Of a stretch of DNA of 56,320 nt, positions 37,581-46,915 are shown piece after piece (position 1 is the first letter of the stretch; the number at the start of each line of letters is the position of its first letter). A program made the translations under genes and the position numbers. This stretch comes from Planctomycetota bacterium (lineage in GTDB: Bacteria > Planctomycetota > MHYJ01 > WSZJ01): NCBI GenBank assembly GCA_038060895.1, contig JBBTCT010000032.1, positions 1 to 56,320 on the forward strand. Direction: 5' to 3'. A model generated the notes under the pieces. It saw only the letters and a program-made list of their open reading frames with translations, had not been told where the DNA came from and made no database searches.

Positions 37581-38735
37581 TTATTTCGGTTTGACGTCCT
37601 TGCCGTTGATGCCGATGCGGGACCCCGACTTGATCTGAAGCGGCACCATCTCGCCGTCGCGGTTCAGCATCACTTCCACGATCGTCCCGGCGGGAATTGT
37701 GTCCATCTGCTCCTGTAGCGCTTCGAGGTCCTTCACGGGACTGCCGTTGTAGGACGTGATGATGTCTCCCCTCTTGATTCCGACGTTGTCGGCCTGCGAG
37801 TTGGGGACCGCGAGTGAAACGAAGATTCCCTCGACCGGAGGCTTGAGGGCGATCATGGCAATCGCCGCTTCCTTGCGGAGGATCTCGTTGTCCCCGCGAG
37901 CGAGAGCTTCGAGCGAAGCCAGGGAGTCCGCCGAGCCAATCTTCACGAGCGCGTCGAGCATCGAGGTCAGCATCCGCGGGTTTTCCGCATATTGCGGCAG
38001 CAGCGAGGCGATGTCCTTTTCCATTCCTGCCTTCGAGACGCCTTCCATGTTCTCGGCGATCGCGCGCAGCACCTCGGAACTCTTTTCGGTCTTGAGGAGT
38101 TCCATGAAGAGCTTCCCTGGCTCCATTTCTGGGTGATAGGAGAGCCCGTAAGCCGAGCCTGCCCGGAAACCCGCGGCGATGTCGTCGCCCTGCATGAGGC
38201 CCCAGGCCATGACCGGAAGCATCGGCCCGTCAAAGGCCATCCAGAACTCGTTCCGCGAGAGGCCGAGCTCGTTTTTTCCGCCTTCCACGTCCTGCGCGAT
38301 GATTCCGCTGATCTCGATGGCGGTCTTGTAGCCGATCGGGCCGAGCGCGGCGATTTCCTGCATCAGCTTGATCAGGGCCTTGCCGTCCTTCTTCGCGACG
38401 ATGTCGGGGATCTGTGCGCGCAGTTCCTCCAGCCTCGCCTTCGCTTCTTCCGGCGTGAGCTCCTTCTTCCCGTCCACAACCGAAGACTTGCCGCTTCCCG
38501 CCTTTTCGAGCTTTGCGATCTTCTCTTTCAGCTTCGTGACCTCCGCCGTCCTTTCCGCGGCACGCTTCTCCGCTTCCGCAGTGCGCCGGTCTGACTCGGC
38601 GAGTGCGTCAGCGGAAGGAAGGGAGGCCGGAGCGGGCGCCACGGCAGGCGGTTCGTGCCTGCGGCGCTCGAAAAGCACCCCGGCGAGTGAGCCGAGCACG
38701 AAGGCGATCAGGGCTGCCGGAAGGGCGACTTTCAT
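37581..38735 (-). CDS. Membrane-anchored coiled-coil/HEAT/PDZ protein, copy 1
   Basis: N-terminal TM, KKDG..LI.LM.E.A.LG..GY motif, C-terminal PDZ (SQA..VGIKRGDII.SYNG). Confidence 0.82.
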   Translation of the reverse strand: MKVALPAALIAFVLGSLAGVLFERRRHEPPAVAPAPASLPSADALAESDRRTAEAEKRAAERTAEVTKLKEKIAKLEKAGSGKSSVVDGKKELTPEEAKARLEELRAQIPDIVAKKDGKALIKLMQEIAALGPIGYKTAIEISGIIAQDVEGGKNELGLSRNEFWMAFDGPMLPVMAWGLMQGDDIAAGFRAGSAYGLSYHPEMEPGKLFMELLKTEKSSEVLRAIAENMEGVSKAGMEKDIASLLPQYAENPRMLTSMLDALVKIGSADSLASLEALARGDNEILRKEAAIAMIALKPPVEGIFVSLAVPNSQADNVGIKRGDIITSYNGSPVKDLEALQEQMDTIPAGTIVEVMLNRDGEMVPLQIKSGSRIGINGKDVKPK

Positions 38736-38814
38736 GGTTCAGCCTCGCGAAGCGGTTGTGAGAAGAATGGTACGCCGGGCGGCAATCCTTTGCGACTCAG
38801 GACGCGCGTCGCTT

Positions 38815-39939
38815 CTACGGCTTCACAGGTTTGCCGTCGATCCCGATCCAGTCACCGGTGATCTGCACGGGGACCAGGGTGCCGCCACGGTTCACCATGA
38901 CTGGCACGAGTTCCTTGTCGGGCTTCGCCTGCACCGCTTTCCGAAGCTGGTCCAGTGTCTTCATCTCGACGCCGTCGTAGGACATCAGGATGTCGCCCTT
39001 CTGAAGTCCGACCTTTTGCGCCTGCGACTTCGGCTGGGTGCTCGTGATCATGATCCCCGGCGCCGGCGGCGCGTGCTCGATGATGGCGATTTCCAGCGCC
39101 GCCGCCAGCGCCGGCGAGGCGTCGAGCTGCAGATTGCGAAGCGCCGAGCCGCTTTCGGGGGTGTGCAGGTCGACCAGCGCCTGCAGCATCGGCTGAAACG
39201 TCTGGGGACGCTTCTCGTTCCCGCGGATCGCCGCCTCCAGATCCCCGACCATCTCCGGCTTCGCCATGCGCGCCAGGTAGCCCGCCAGTGCCTGGGCCAG
39301 CCCCGGGTCCTTTTCCTTCGCCATCGCTTCCAGGAAAATCGGAGCGGCATCGACATCGCTCACCCAGTAGAGCATGTGCACGGATTTGGCGCGGAACCAG
39401 GGTGAAGCATCCGCCGCGTTGGCAAGCGCCCAGGTCATGAGCGGGACCATCGTGCCGCTCCAGGCCTTGTTGAACTGCACCTTGTCGATCCCGAAGGCTT
39501 CGTTCCCGTTTCCGAATTCCTTCCGGAAAATCTCGGCCACATCCATCGCGTCGCGGTACCCCTCGGGACCGAGAGCTGCGAGTTCTTTCATGATCGCGAT
39601 CAGTCCCGCGCCGTCCTTTTTCTCGACCAGCTCGGGAATCTTCGCGCGCAGGTCCCGCACCCTCGCCTCCACGCTCGCAGGATCCAGCGGCGCGGACTGC
39701 CCTCCCTTCAGCGAAGCCACCTGTGAATTCAGCGCCCGCACCTGGTCCTTCGCAGTCTGCAACTCGGCTTCGACATCGCGCGGCGGTCCTTCGGGCTCGA
39801 GCACATCCTCGCCGTTCGCGGAGGCGCGCCCGGCAGAAGAGGCGCCCGTCGCAGTCCCGGCACGATGGCGCTCCAACCACACGCCGGCGGCGAGGCCGGC
39901 ACCAAGGCAAAGCAGGCAGACGAGGGCTGCGGACTTCAT
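38815..39939 (-). CDS. Membrane-anchored coiled-coil/HEAT/PDZ protein, copy 2
   Basis: Same architecture (KKDGAGLIAIMKELAALGPEGY, SQAQKVGLQKGDIL). Confidence 0.82.
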   Translation of the reverse strand: MKSAALVCLLCLGAGLAAGVWLERHRAGTATGASSAGRASANGEDVLEPEGPPRDVEAELQTAKDQVRALNSQVASLKGGQSAPLDPASVEARVRDLRAKIPELVEKKDGAGLIAIMKELAALGPEGYRDAMDVAEIFRKEFGNGNEAFGIDKVQFNKAWSGTMVPLMTWALANAADASPWFRAKSVHMLYWVSDVDAAPIFLEAMAKEKDPGLAQALAGYLARMAKPEMVGDLEAAIRGNEKRPQTFQPMLQALVDLHTPESGSALRNLQLDASPALAAALEIAIIEHAPPAPGIMITSTQPKSQAQKVGLQKGDILMSYDGVEMKTLDQLRKAVQAKPDKELVPVMVNRGGTLVPVQITGDWIGIDGKPVKP

Positions 39940-39983
39940 GGGTGAGAAGTGTACGTGATTCGGTATCGAAGTGTGGGGCCCCG

Positions 39984-41099
39984 CTACCGGCTCGGTTTGA
40001 CCTCGTCCCCGTAAATTCCGATCTGCTGGCCGCGGATCTGGAGCGTCACCGTTTCGTTCCCGCGCTGGACCACGATCGGGACGAGCTGGTCGACGCTCGT
40101 CTTCTGGACTTCTTCGCGCAGCTTGTCGAAGGCCGTCACCGGCGCCCCGTTGTAGCTGAGGACGAGGTCGCCGCGATGCAGCCCGGCCGATTCCGCCTGC
40201 CCCTTCGGCACCAGCCCCGAGATCAGGACGCCCGGCGCGGGCGGGTCCAGACGGATCAACTGATACGCTCCTTCATCCCGCAGGTCGGGATTCTGCGAAG
40301 CGGCCAGTTCGCGCAGCCCGGCGAGAGCCTCGGGAGTTCCGAGGTTCGCCAGCGCTTCGACCAGGGTTCGCGCGGCCTGCCCAGTCTGCCCGCGCGCGGC
40401 GTCGAGCAACGATGCTTCGGATCCAGCACGGGTCATCGAGTAGAGGCCGCCGGCGAGGGAAGCGGCGACGTTCGGGTCCTTCTCCGAACGCAGCAGTTCG
40501 CCGAACAGCACTGCGGGGTCGGGCTCGAGCTGAGCCATCATGGGCCCGATCGCGCGAAGGCGCATCCAGGCCGAAGCGAGTTCCGGGTGGCGGAGAGCCC
40601 ATTCGAGCATCCCCGGGGACGATTGGAGGATATTGTGGAGGGCCGAAGCGCTGGCGCCGAATTCGCCGCCGCCGGATTCCACATCGCGCCCCAGGACTTC
40701 GGCGATTTTGAGCGCCGCGACGTATCCGGCCTCTCCCAGGAGCGCAAGCTCCCGCATCAGTTTCAGGAGGCCGTGACCGTCTTTCCGGGCGAGCAGCCCC
40801 GGGATCTCCTTAATGAGCGCCTTGGCCCGTCTTTCGGCATCCTCGGCGGACGGCGCACCGCCCTTTTCAAGCAGAGCGATCTTCTCGCGAAGGACGCGAT
40901 TCTCCTCCTCGAGTCGCCGGCGGGGATCGTCCGTGGAAGTCAGAGTACCGGTCGGTTCAGCGGAGGGAGAAGCGGCCGTCGGACCTGCGGCGGGCGTCTC
41001 GGGAACCGGCGAAGGGGACTTGCGCTTCCCCGAAGCGGCGACGCCAAATACGGCGCCCAGAATGAACGAAACGAGAACGGCCGGCAGAAGGGTCTTCAT
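39984..41099 (-). CDS. Membrane-anchored coiled-coil/HEAT/PDZ protein, copy 3
   Basis: Same architecture (RKDGHGLLKLMRELALLGEAGY, GQAESAGLHRGDLV). Start ATG 41099. Confidence 0.82.
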   Translation of the reverse strand: MKTLLPAVLVSFILGAVFGVAASGKRKSPSPVPETPAAGPTAASPSAEPTGTLTSTDDPRRRLEEENRVLREKIALLEKGGAPSAEDAERRAKALIKEIPGLLARKDGHGLLKLMRELALLGEAGYVAALKIAEVLGRDVESGGGEFGASASALHNILQSSPGMLEWALRHPELASAWMRLRAIGPMMAQLEPDPAVLFGELLRSEKDPNVAASLAGGLYSMTRAGSEASLLDAARGQTGQAARTLVEALANLGTPEALAGLRELAASQNPDLRDEGAYQLIRLDPPAPGVLISGLVPKGQAESAGLHRGDLVLSYNGAPVTAFDKLREEVQKTSVDQLVPIVVQRGNETVTLQIRGQQIGIYGDEVKPSR

Positions 41100-41198
41100 C
41101 GGCGCTGGATCCTCCGGGTGCAACGGGGGCCTGAGGGTTCATCGCCTGAGGACGCAAAGGGTTCGCCGAATCCCATCCCGCACGGCTACGATTCCGCC

Positions 41199-41579
41199 GT
41201 GATCATCGGCACAGGCGTCGACATATGCGAAATCTCCCGCATGGAAGCCCTCCTCTCGCGTCGAGGGGACCGGGCGCACGATCGCCTGTTCACACAGGAG
41301 GAAGTCCGCTACTGCTCCGGCAAGGCCCGCCCCGCGCAATCCTTCGCCGCCCGCTTCGCCGCCAAGGAGGCCGTGATGAAGCTTCTCGGCACCGGCTGGT
41401 CGCAGGGGATCCGCTGGCGCGATATAGAGGTGAAGCGGGGGAAAGGCGGGCCGCCGTCGATTGCGCTTCATGGGGAAGCAGCAAAACGCGCGGAGCGGAT
41501 GGGGATCCGGCGGATTCACTTGAGCATCACGCACAGCGGCGACATCGCCCTGGTGAACGTGATCGGGGAGACGGCGTGA
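41199..41579 (+). CDS. acpS: Holo-[acyl-carrier-protein] synthase
   Basis: IIGTGVDICEISR, ARFAAKEAVMK.LGTG, HLSITH. GTG start at 41199. Confidence 0.95.
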   Translation: MIIGTGVDICEISRMEALLSRRGDRAHDRLFTQEEVRYCSGKARPAQSFAARFAAKEAVMKLLGTGWSQGIRWRDIEVKRGKGGPPSIALHGEAAKRAERMGIRRIHLSITHSGDIALVNVIGETA

Positions 41580-42403
41580 AGTACGCGACGCTTCGGCTGG
41601 GAGACGGAACGACGGCGATGTGCCGGGCGCAGGGCGACCGGTGGCAATTCGTACAGTCGAAGTCCGGCGCGCCCTTCACGAGCATCGGTGAATTCCTGCT
41701 TTCGGGAGACGGTGTGTTTGTCGCCGGGACGAACGTGGAGGGGCCGTTCACGTTTGCCGCACCTGTCCCGCGCCCGCCGAAAATCATCGCGGTCGGGCTG
41801 AACTATCGCGATCACGCCGCAGAGCAGAACAAGCCTGCGCCGGACAAGCCGATGCTGTTCTCGAAGGCCTCGAACACGGTCATTGGTCCGGACGAGCCCG
41901 TCCGGATTCCCCCGACCGCCGGGCAGATCGATTTCGAGTGCGAGCTCGGCGTCGTCATCGGGAAAGGCGGCCTCGACATCACGGAGGGGCGCTGGCAGGA
42001 CCATGTTTTCGGATTCACGATCGTGAACGACGTGACCTCGCGAGAAGCTCAGTCCGGGGACAAGCAGTTCTACCGCGGCAAGAGTTTTGACACGTTTTGC
42101 CCGACCGGGCCGGTCGTCGTGACCCCCGACGAGCTCGACTGGCGCAACCTCAGGCTCGGCATGAAGCTGAACGGCGCCACGATGCAGAACGGGAACACTT
42201 CGGACATGTGCTTCGGCCCGCCCGCTCTGGTCGCGTATGTTTCGGCGGTCCACGCCCTCGAACCTGGCGACCTCATCGCCACTGGCACGCCCGCCGGCGT
42301 CCTCATGTACCGCCCCGAAAAGCGCTTCCTCCAGCCGGGCGACATTACCGAAGCGTGGATTGACGGAATTGGAGTGCTCAAAAACCGCTTCGAGAAGCGA
42401 TAA
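41576..42403 (+). CDS. Fumarylacetoacetate hydrolase family protein
   Basis: KIIAVGLNYRDH, DFECELGVVIG, NDVTSR, GKSFDTFCPTGP, PGDLIATGTP. GTGA overlap with acpS. Confidence 0.93.
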   Translation: MKYATLRLGDGTTAMCRAQGDRWQFVQSKSGAPFTSIGEFLLSGDGVFVAGTNVEGPFTFAAPVPRPPKIIAVGLNYRDHAAEQNKPAPDKPMLFSKASNTVIGPDEPVRIPPTAGQIDFECELGVVIGKGGLDITEGRWQDHVFGFTIVNDVTSREAQSGDKQFYRGKSFDTFCPTGPVVVTPDELDWRNLRLGMKLNGATMQNGNTSDMCFGPPALVAYVSAVHALEPGDLIATGTPAGVLMYRPEKRFLQPGDITEAWIDGIGVLKNRFEKR

Positions 42404-42458
42404 TCCCCCGGTCCGCAATCGTGGGGGGCGCGGTGCGCGGGCTTCGTGGGAGGTGGGC

Positions 42459-44291
42459 ATGAGGCGCGTGGTGATGGTGCTGGGGCTGACCGCCCTGGCG
42501 GTTGTGCTGGCGTCCGGCTGTCGCAAACATCACAGGCGGAGCGGCCCCCAGGGCAACGACCGCGGTGCGGCCGAGGCGTACTGGCCGGCAGCGCAGATGA
42601 CGGTGAACGAGGGATCTTCGTTCACGGTCGTGTTGACCCTGGACCAGGTGTGGTTCGAGCCGGTTGTGATCACGCTGAGCTCGAGCGATACGTCGCGCGT
42701 GACGCTTCCGGCGACCGCGACGTTTCCGACAGGCGTGACCACGCAACTCGTGACGATCACGACGATGGCCGACTCCGACTCAGCCAATTCGTCCGTAACC
42801 GTGAGCTCAACCTCGATACTCGACGTGAACTCGATGGTGATCGTGCTCCGCGAAACCAGCGTCCCGATCGGCGGCTCGCTCGGGCCTGTCGTCGTGGGAG
42901 CGAACCGGGCGATGCTCGTCACGGATGGTCCCGACGGATTCTGGGGGACGGCGGACGACACGCTCGCAATTGCCAGCGGCATCGGCGGCGGCGTACCGAC
43001 AATCACGTACGTCACGATCGGCGCGATCACTCCGGGGCCGCAGGCCCTTCCGGTCCTCACCGGCATCTCGGACACCGCGCTCGTGCAGACGAACGGCCCG
43101 GACCTGACGCTCGGGACGGGCGACGACACGCTCGTGCAGGTCGCGGGGATTTCGGGCGCCACTCCCTCGATCACGTCCTCGGTTGTCGTGGGGAGGATGG
43201 AAGCGAGCGAGGGGCGCCGTCCGGTGATGGTAGGAACGGCAGCCGTGTTCACGACGCGCGGGGCAGACCTGTTGACGAACGGAGACGACACGCTTGCGAT
43301 GATCGCTGGAGTTGGAACTCCGACGCTGACGATGACGACGATCGGGACGCCAGGAGTGACCTTTGAAGCGCCTTCCTTCGCCGTCCCGGTCGACTCCTCA
43401 TCCGTTGTGCTTCATCTCGCGGGAGCCGACCTTCTGGCAGGAACGGTTGACGACGTCCTCGAAATCGTCACGGGGATCGGTGCGGTGCCGTCGGTGATAC
43501 CCGGCGGAGTCCTGCCCCTGTTCGCAGGACGCATGGGCCTGCCCGTCACGATCAATCCTACGACCGTCATGTTCGCGTTTGCCGGGGGGGACACCATCCC
43601 GGGAACCGCGGACGACACGATCCTGGTCTCTCGAGACATCTTTACGTTGCCGGTCACCGTCGGTGTGATGGCCGGCGCGATGATGACCGACCCCGACTCC
43701 CAGTGCATCGCAACGGGGGGTGACGCGATCCTCGTTCCTCTTAAGGGCCCCGACCTCCTCAACTTCACGGCCGACGATCAGGTTGCGCTGGAGATTTCAC
43801 TTTCAGTCGGCGTGCTCGGCGTGCCGTCGATTCTCCCTGCGGGCAATCCGGTTCCCGGTGCCCACGGCCGGCTTCTCAGCATCAGTTCCACGGCCGCCGT
43901 GCGACTCAATTCCGGCGTGGATGCCATGCTCGGCACTTCCGACGATGGCCTCACGATCCTGACCGCCCTGACGGGAGCCGGAGCTTCGGCCAGTTTTGCG
44001 ACCGGGCCAGTCCAACCGGCCACTCCCCTCGCCAGTTCCTCAACGAGCGTCGCGCTCGCCGGCGAGGGCGCGGACGGAATCTCAGGCAACTCGGATGACG
44101 CCGTTCTGGGCGTCTCAGGCATTGGCACCTCGTCCGTTCTCAATTCAACATTCCCCGGTCCTTTCCGGCTTTCCGGCCCCGGCGCCCTCGTCCCGGATGG
44201 CGCGGCCTTCGTTCTGTTCGCCCGCACCGCCGGCGCAGATGGCGCACCCGGAACGACCGACGATCTCCTCTCGACCGGCTCTCTCCCGTAG
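42459..44291 (+). CDS. Lipoprotein with an Ig/Calx-like N-domain and 9 G-x-D-x3-G-T-x-D-D repeats, copy 1
   Basis: Lipobox LASGC, GGAGG RBS, repeats from GPDGFWGTADD to GADGAPGTTDD at about 55-aa spacing. Confidence 0.8.
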   Translation: MRRVVMVLGLTALAVVLASGCRKHHRRSGPQGNDRGAAEAYWPAAQMTVNEGSSFTVVLTLDQVWFEPVVITLSSSDTSRVTLPATATFPTGVTTQLVTITTMADSDSANSSVTVSSTSILDVNSMVIVLRETSVPIGGSLGPVVVGANRAMLVTDGPDGFWGTADDTLAIASGIGGGVPTITYVTIGAITPGPQALPVLTGISDTALVQTNGPDLTLGTGDDTLVQVAGISGATPSITSSVVVGRMEASEGRRPVMVGTAAVFTTRGADLLTNGDDTLAMIAGVGTPTLTMTTIGTPGVTFEAPSFAVPVDSSSVVLHLAGADLLAGTVDDVLEIVTGIGAVPSVIPGGVLPLFAGRMGLPVTINPTTVMFAFAGGDTIPGTADDTILVSRDIFTLPVTVGVMAGAMMTDPDSQCIATGGDAILVPLKGPDLLNFTADDQVALEISLSVGVLGVPSILPAGNPVPGAHGRLLSISSTAAVRLNSGVDAMLGTSDDGLTILTALTGAGASASFATGPVQPATPLASSSTSVALAGEGADGISGNSDDAVLGVSGIGTSSVLNSTFPGPFRLSGPGALVPDGAAFVLFARTAGADGAPGTTDDLLSTGSLP

Positions 44292-44309
44292 GAATCCCGG
44301 AAATCGCCG

Positions 44310-44347
44310 CGGCGCGTGCATCCCTCCTGCACGCGCCGTTTTTTTTT
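44310..44347 (+). terminator. Intrinsic terminator
   Basis: CGGCGCGTGCA-7nt-TGCACGCGCCG followed by T9. Confidence 0.88.
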
Positions 44348-44382
44348 ATTCGCTCACAACGGACATCAGGTCCCGTAGTTAA

Positions 44383-46185
44383 ATGACGCATATGAAAATC
44401 CACTTCGCCCTCCTGGCAGTCGCCGTCCTCGTTTCATCAGGTTGCCATCGTAAGCCTCCCGCCGATCCCGATACCCTGACGGGCGCCCCGCGACCGGTCT
44501 GGAGCGAATCGGAGGTCACGTCGGTTGAAGGGAGGCGCCTGTCCATGACCCTCACCCTTGTGAAGGCGTCCACTGAGATTGCGGAAGTCCGGCTTACGAC
44601 GGGTGGTGAAGGAGAAGTGCTCTTTCCGGAGCTCGTGACGTTTCCCGCGGGGTCGGTTTCGCAGAGCGTGACGGTGACGGTGCTGGCGGCAGAGCCGGGA
44701 CCGGACCGCGAACCGGTGATCACGGCGACAACCGCCAACGGCTCTTCGGATTTGACGATTCATGTGCTCGACGACGATACCGACCTGGGCCTCGCCGTCG
44801 GTCCCGTGGTTTACGGGCCGGGGATCGTCGTCATGGCCGGTGCCGGAGCGGATGGGGTGTTCGCAACGCTGGACGACGAAATCGTGGCGGCGAAAAACAT
44901 CGGCGCGGGAACCCCGATTCTCGCGCGCGCCGTGACCGGCGCCCTCTCCGGCGGAGCGGATTGCAGTCCGGTTGTATCGTCGACCGGAAGCGTCCTCATG
45001 CTCGCGGTAGGACCGGCCCCGACGCTGATCCAGGTGGATTCCGTGCCGGATGCTCCCGCGATCACGGCAACCGCAATCCTGGCCGCGAAGAATGGTGGCG
45101 TGTCGCGGCCGGTGATGATCGGAACACGCGCGGTCATCACGTCGCGCGGCAACGACCTCCTGACCAGCCTCGACGACGCCCTGCTTGTGGTCGAAGGCAT
45201 CGGCACAACGACGCTGACGGTGAAAACGGTGCCTGTCCCGGGCCTGTCCGCAGGCGACCCCTCCATTCCCGTCCAGCTCACTCCCACCTCGCTTCTCATC
45301 ACGACGGCAGGAGCTGACTTCCTGTTCGGAACCGGCGACGAGGTCCTCACCCTGGTCTCGGCGCTCGACACCGCGGCCCCCAGCGTCACGCCTCTCTTTT
45401 CCGGCCGTATTCGCGGCGATGCCTCCGGTCGCGCTCTCGCTTCGGGCGGCACCATCGCCGCCGTCACCACCGCCGGCGCCGACGCGACCTTCGCGACCGC
45501 CGACGACACGCTTCAGGTCGTTCGCGACGTTCTAGTGTTTCCGACCCCCGCCATTCCCCTGGTTGTCGGCCCGCTCGCGTCAGGCGATCAAGGCCTCCCG
45601 CTGTCCACCGGCGGCGACGCCGCGGCCATCCCGGTGCTTGGCCTGGACCTGCTCCAGGGAACAGCCGATGACCAGGTGGCCGCCGTTTTCCCGCTCTCCG
45701 CCGACCCGATGACAGCGACCGCCCTGTCGGCGCCGCGCGGCGTGCCGGGCCTCCAGGGTGCCCTCGTTCTCGTGTCCATTTCGGCCGCCTGCCGTCTCGA
45801 AACTGGTCCCGACGGCGTCATGGGATCCTCCGACGACGGCGTCCGCCTCTTCACCTTTCTCAATTCCGCCACTCCGGCAACCTCGAGCGTCGCCACAAGC
45901 TCGCTCCAGAGTTTCGCCCCCATGCCGGTTGACGCGACTTCGGTGACCCTGTGCGGCCTCGGGCCCGACCAGGCTGCAGGAACCGATGATGACCTGACCC
46001 TCCGCGTCGCGGGAATCGGCGGCTCCGCATTCTTCACGAGCAATCCTTCCGGCGCCTTTGCGGCCCTGTCGATTCCCGTGCTGGTGCCGGGTACTTCCGG
46101 CAGCTCCGTCGCTACCCGCACCGCCGGCCCTGACGCAGCACCGGGCACCGTGGACGACCGGCTTATGGTCGCCGCGTCGCCATAG
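44383..46185 (+). CDS. Lipoprotein with G-x-D-x3-G-T-x-D-D repeats, copy 2
   Basis: Lipobox VSSGC, collinear paralog of 42459..44291 with 8 recognisable motifs. Confidence 0.8.
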   Translation: MTHMKIHFALLAVAVLVSSGCHRKPPADPDTLTGAPRPVWSESEVTSVEGRRLSMTLTLVKASTEIAEVRLTTGGEGEVLFPELVTFPAGSVSQSVTVTVLAAEPGPDREPVITATTANGSSDLTIHVLDDDTDLGLAVGPVVYGPGIVVMAGAGADGVFATLDDEIVAAKNIGAGTPILARAVTGALSGGADCSPVVSSTGSVLMLAVGPAPTLIQVDSVPDAPAITATAILAAKNGGVSRPVMIGTRAVITSRGNDLLTSLDDALLVVEGIGTTTLTVKTVPVPGLSAGDPSIPVQLTPTSLLITTAGADFLFGTGDEVLTLVSALDTAAPSVTPLFSGRIRGDASGRALASGGTIAAVTTAGADATFATADDTLQVVRDVLVFPTPAIPLVVGPLASGDQGLPLSTGGDAAAIPVLGLDLLQGTADDQVAAVFPLSADPMTATALSAPRGVPGLQGALVLVSISAACRLETGPDGVMGSSDDGVRLFTFLNSATPATSSVATSSLQSFAPMPVDATSVTLCGLGPDQAAGTDDDLTLRVAGIGGSAFFTSNPSGAFAALSIPVLVPGTSGSSVATRTAGPDAAPGTVDDRLMVAASP

Positions 46186-46267
46186 GCGCGGTCGCGCCGT
46201 TGTCTTCTGCGAACCCTTGACGCTCCCCACGCGTTGATTCTGCATTCCCGAATCGGAGGGTGAAACA

Positions 46268-46492
46268 ATGACGGCGAAGAACACGGATGTCCGCTTCCAC
46301 GTCCGCTTCGACGGCCGCTCCTACGACCTCGAGCCGTCGCAGCTCGGCGTCGCCGTCGATGCCGCGGACGTGGACATCCACGAAGCGCTGGCCCGGCACT
46401 TCGACGTAGCGCGGCAGACGTTCCGGGCCTACGTCGTCGAGCGGCACCGGAACGGGTCGGTGACCGTTCGTCCGGAAGCCGTTTTCGGGTAG
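46268..46492 (+). CDS. Small protein, putative ubiquitin-like (beta-grasp) modifier
   Basis: 74 aa with a GGAGG RBS. Beta-beta-alpha-beta-beta pattern (FHVRF/SYDL/IHEALARHF/YVVE/VTVR), C-terminal ..EAVFG, linked to E1 and JAB genes. The fold is inferred. Confidence 0.65.
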   Translation: MTAKNTDVRFHVRFDGRSYDLEPSQLGVAVDAADVDIHEALARHFDVARQTFRAYVVERHRNGSVTVRPEAVFG

Positions 46493-46581
46493 CGGCGTCG
46501 TGCCTGCCCTGGGGCAGACGCCGCTGGCCTGAAAACCCTGAAAACCGCGAACTTTCCGCAGGCTGGCCCGATGAAAGTTCG

Positions 46582-46695
46582 AAGGGACGGGACGACGCCG
46601 CACCCCCGCCCGGGGCTTACAAACCTCTCCAAAAGGAAAGCATCACAAGCCCCCGGCACTTGCGCGGCGACGTCCCGGCCCCTCGACCGTCCCTT
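46582..46695 (+). ncRNA. Y-RNA-like structured RNA, unit 1
   Basis: GGGACG-A-CGCCG (46589-600) pairs with CGGCG-A-CGTCCC (46665-76). C-rich loop, inner stem GGGGCTT/AAGCCCC, TACAAAC at 46618-24, 3' ACTTG. Confidence 0.65.
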
Positions 46696-46752
46696 TGACA
46701 ACCTGGCGACGTTTTGACGCAGCGCGTCAATCTACCCGGCAGCCGGAACGCC

Positions 46753-46911
46753 CGGGCAACGACTTCGCGGCTCCCCACCTCCGGAGCCTACAAACTGGTA
46801 AACATTCACCGTCAGGTGAAGATGGGGTTCGAATCCCCCCCACGCCTGGGGAGACAGGCACCACAACTGACCGTCAAGCTCCTGTAACTCGAGCCGCGAA
46901 GCCGTTCCCCG
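46753..46911 (+). ncRNA. Y-RNA-like structured RNA, unit 2 (contains a T-arm)
   Basis: CTTCGCGGCTC (46763-73) and GAGCCGCGAAG (46891-901) form a perfect 11-bp stem. Inner GGAGC/GCTCC, TACAAAC at 46789-95, GGGG-TTCGAAT-CCCC at 46824-38, 3' ACTCG. Confidence 0.75.
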
Positions 46912-46915
46912 AAGC

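Noticed and set aside
46704-46718. Sigma-54 promoter TGGCGACGTTTTGAC inside the array
   Set aside because: No GC at the -12 position and the spacing is off by one.
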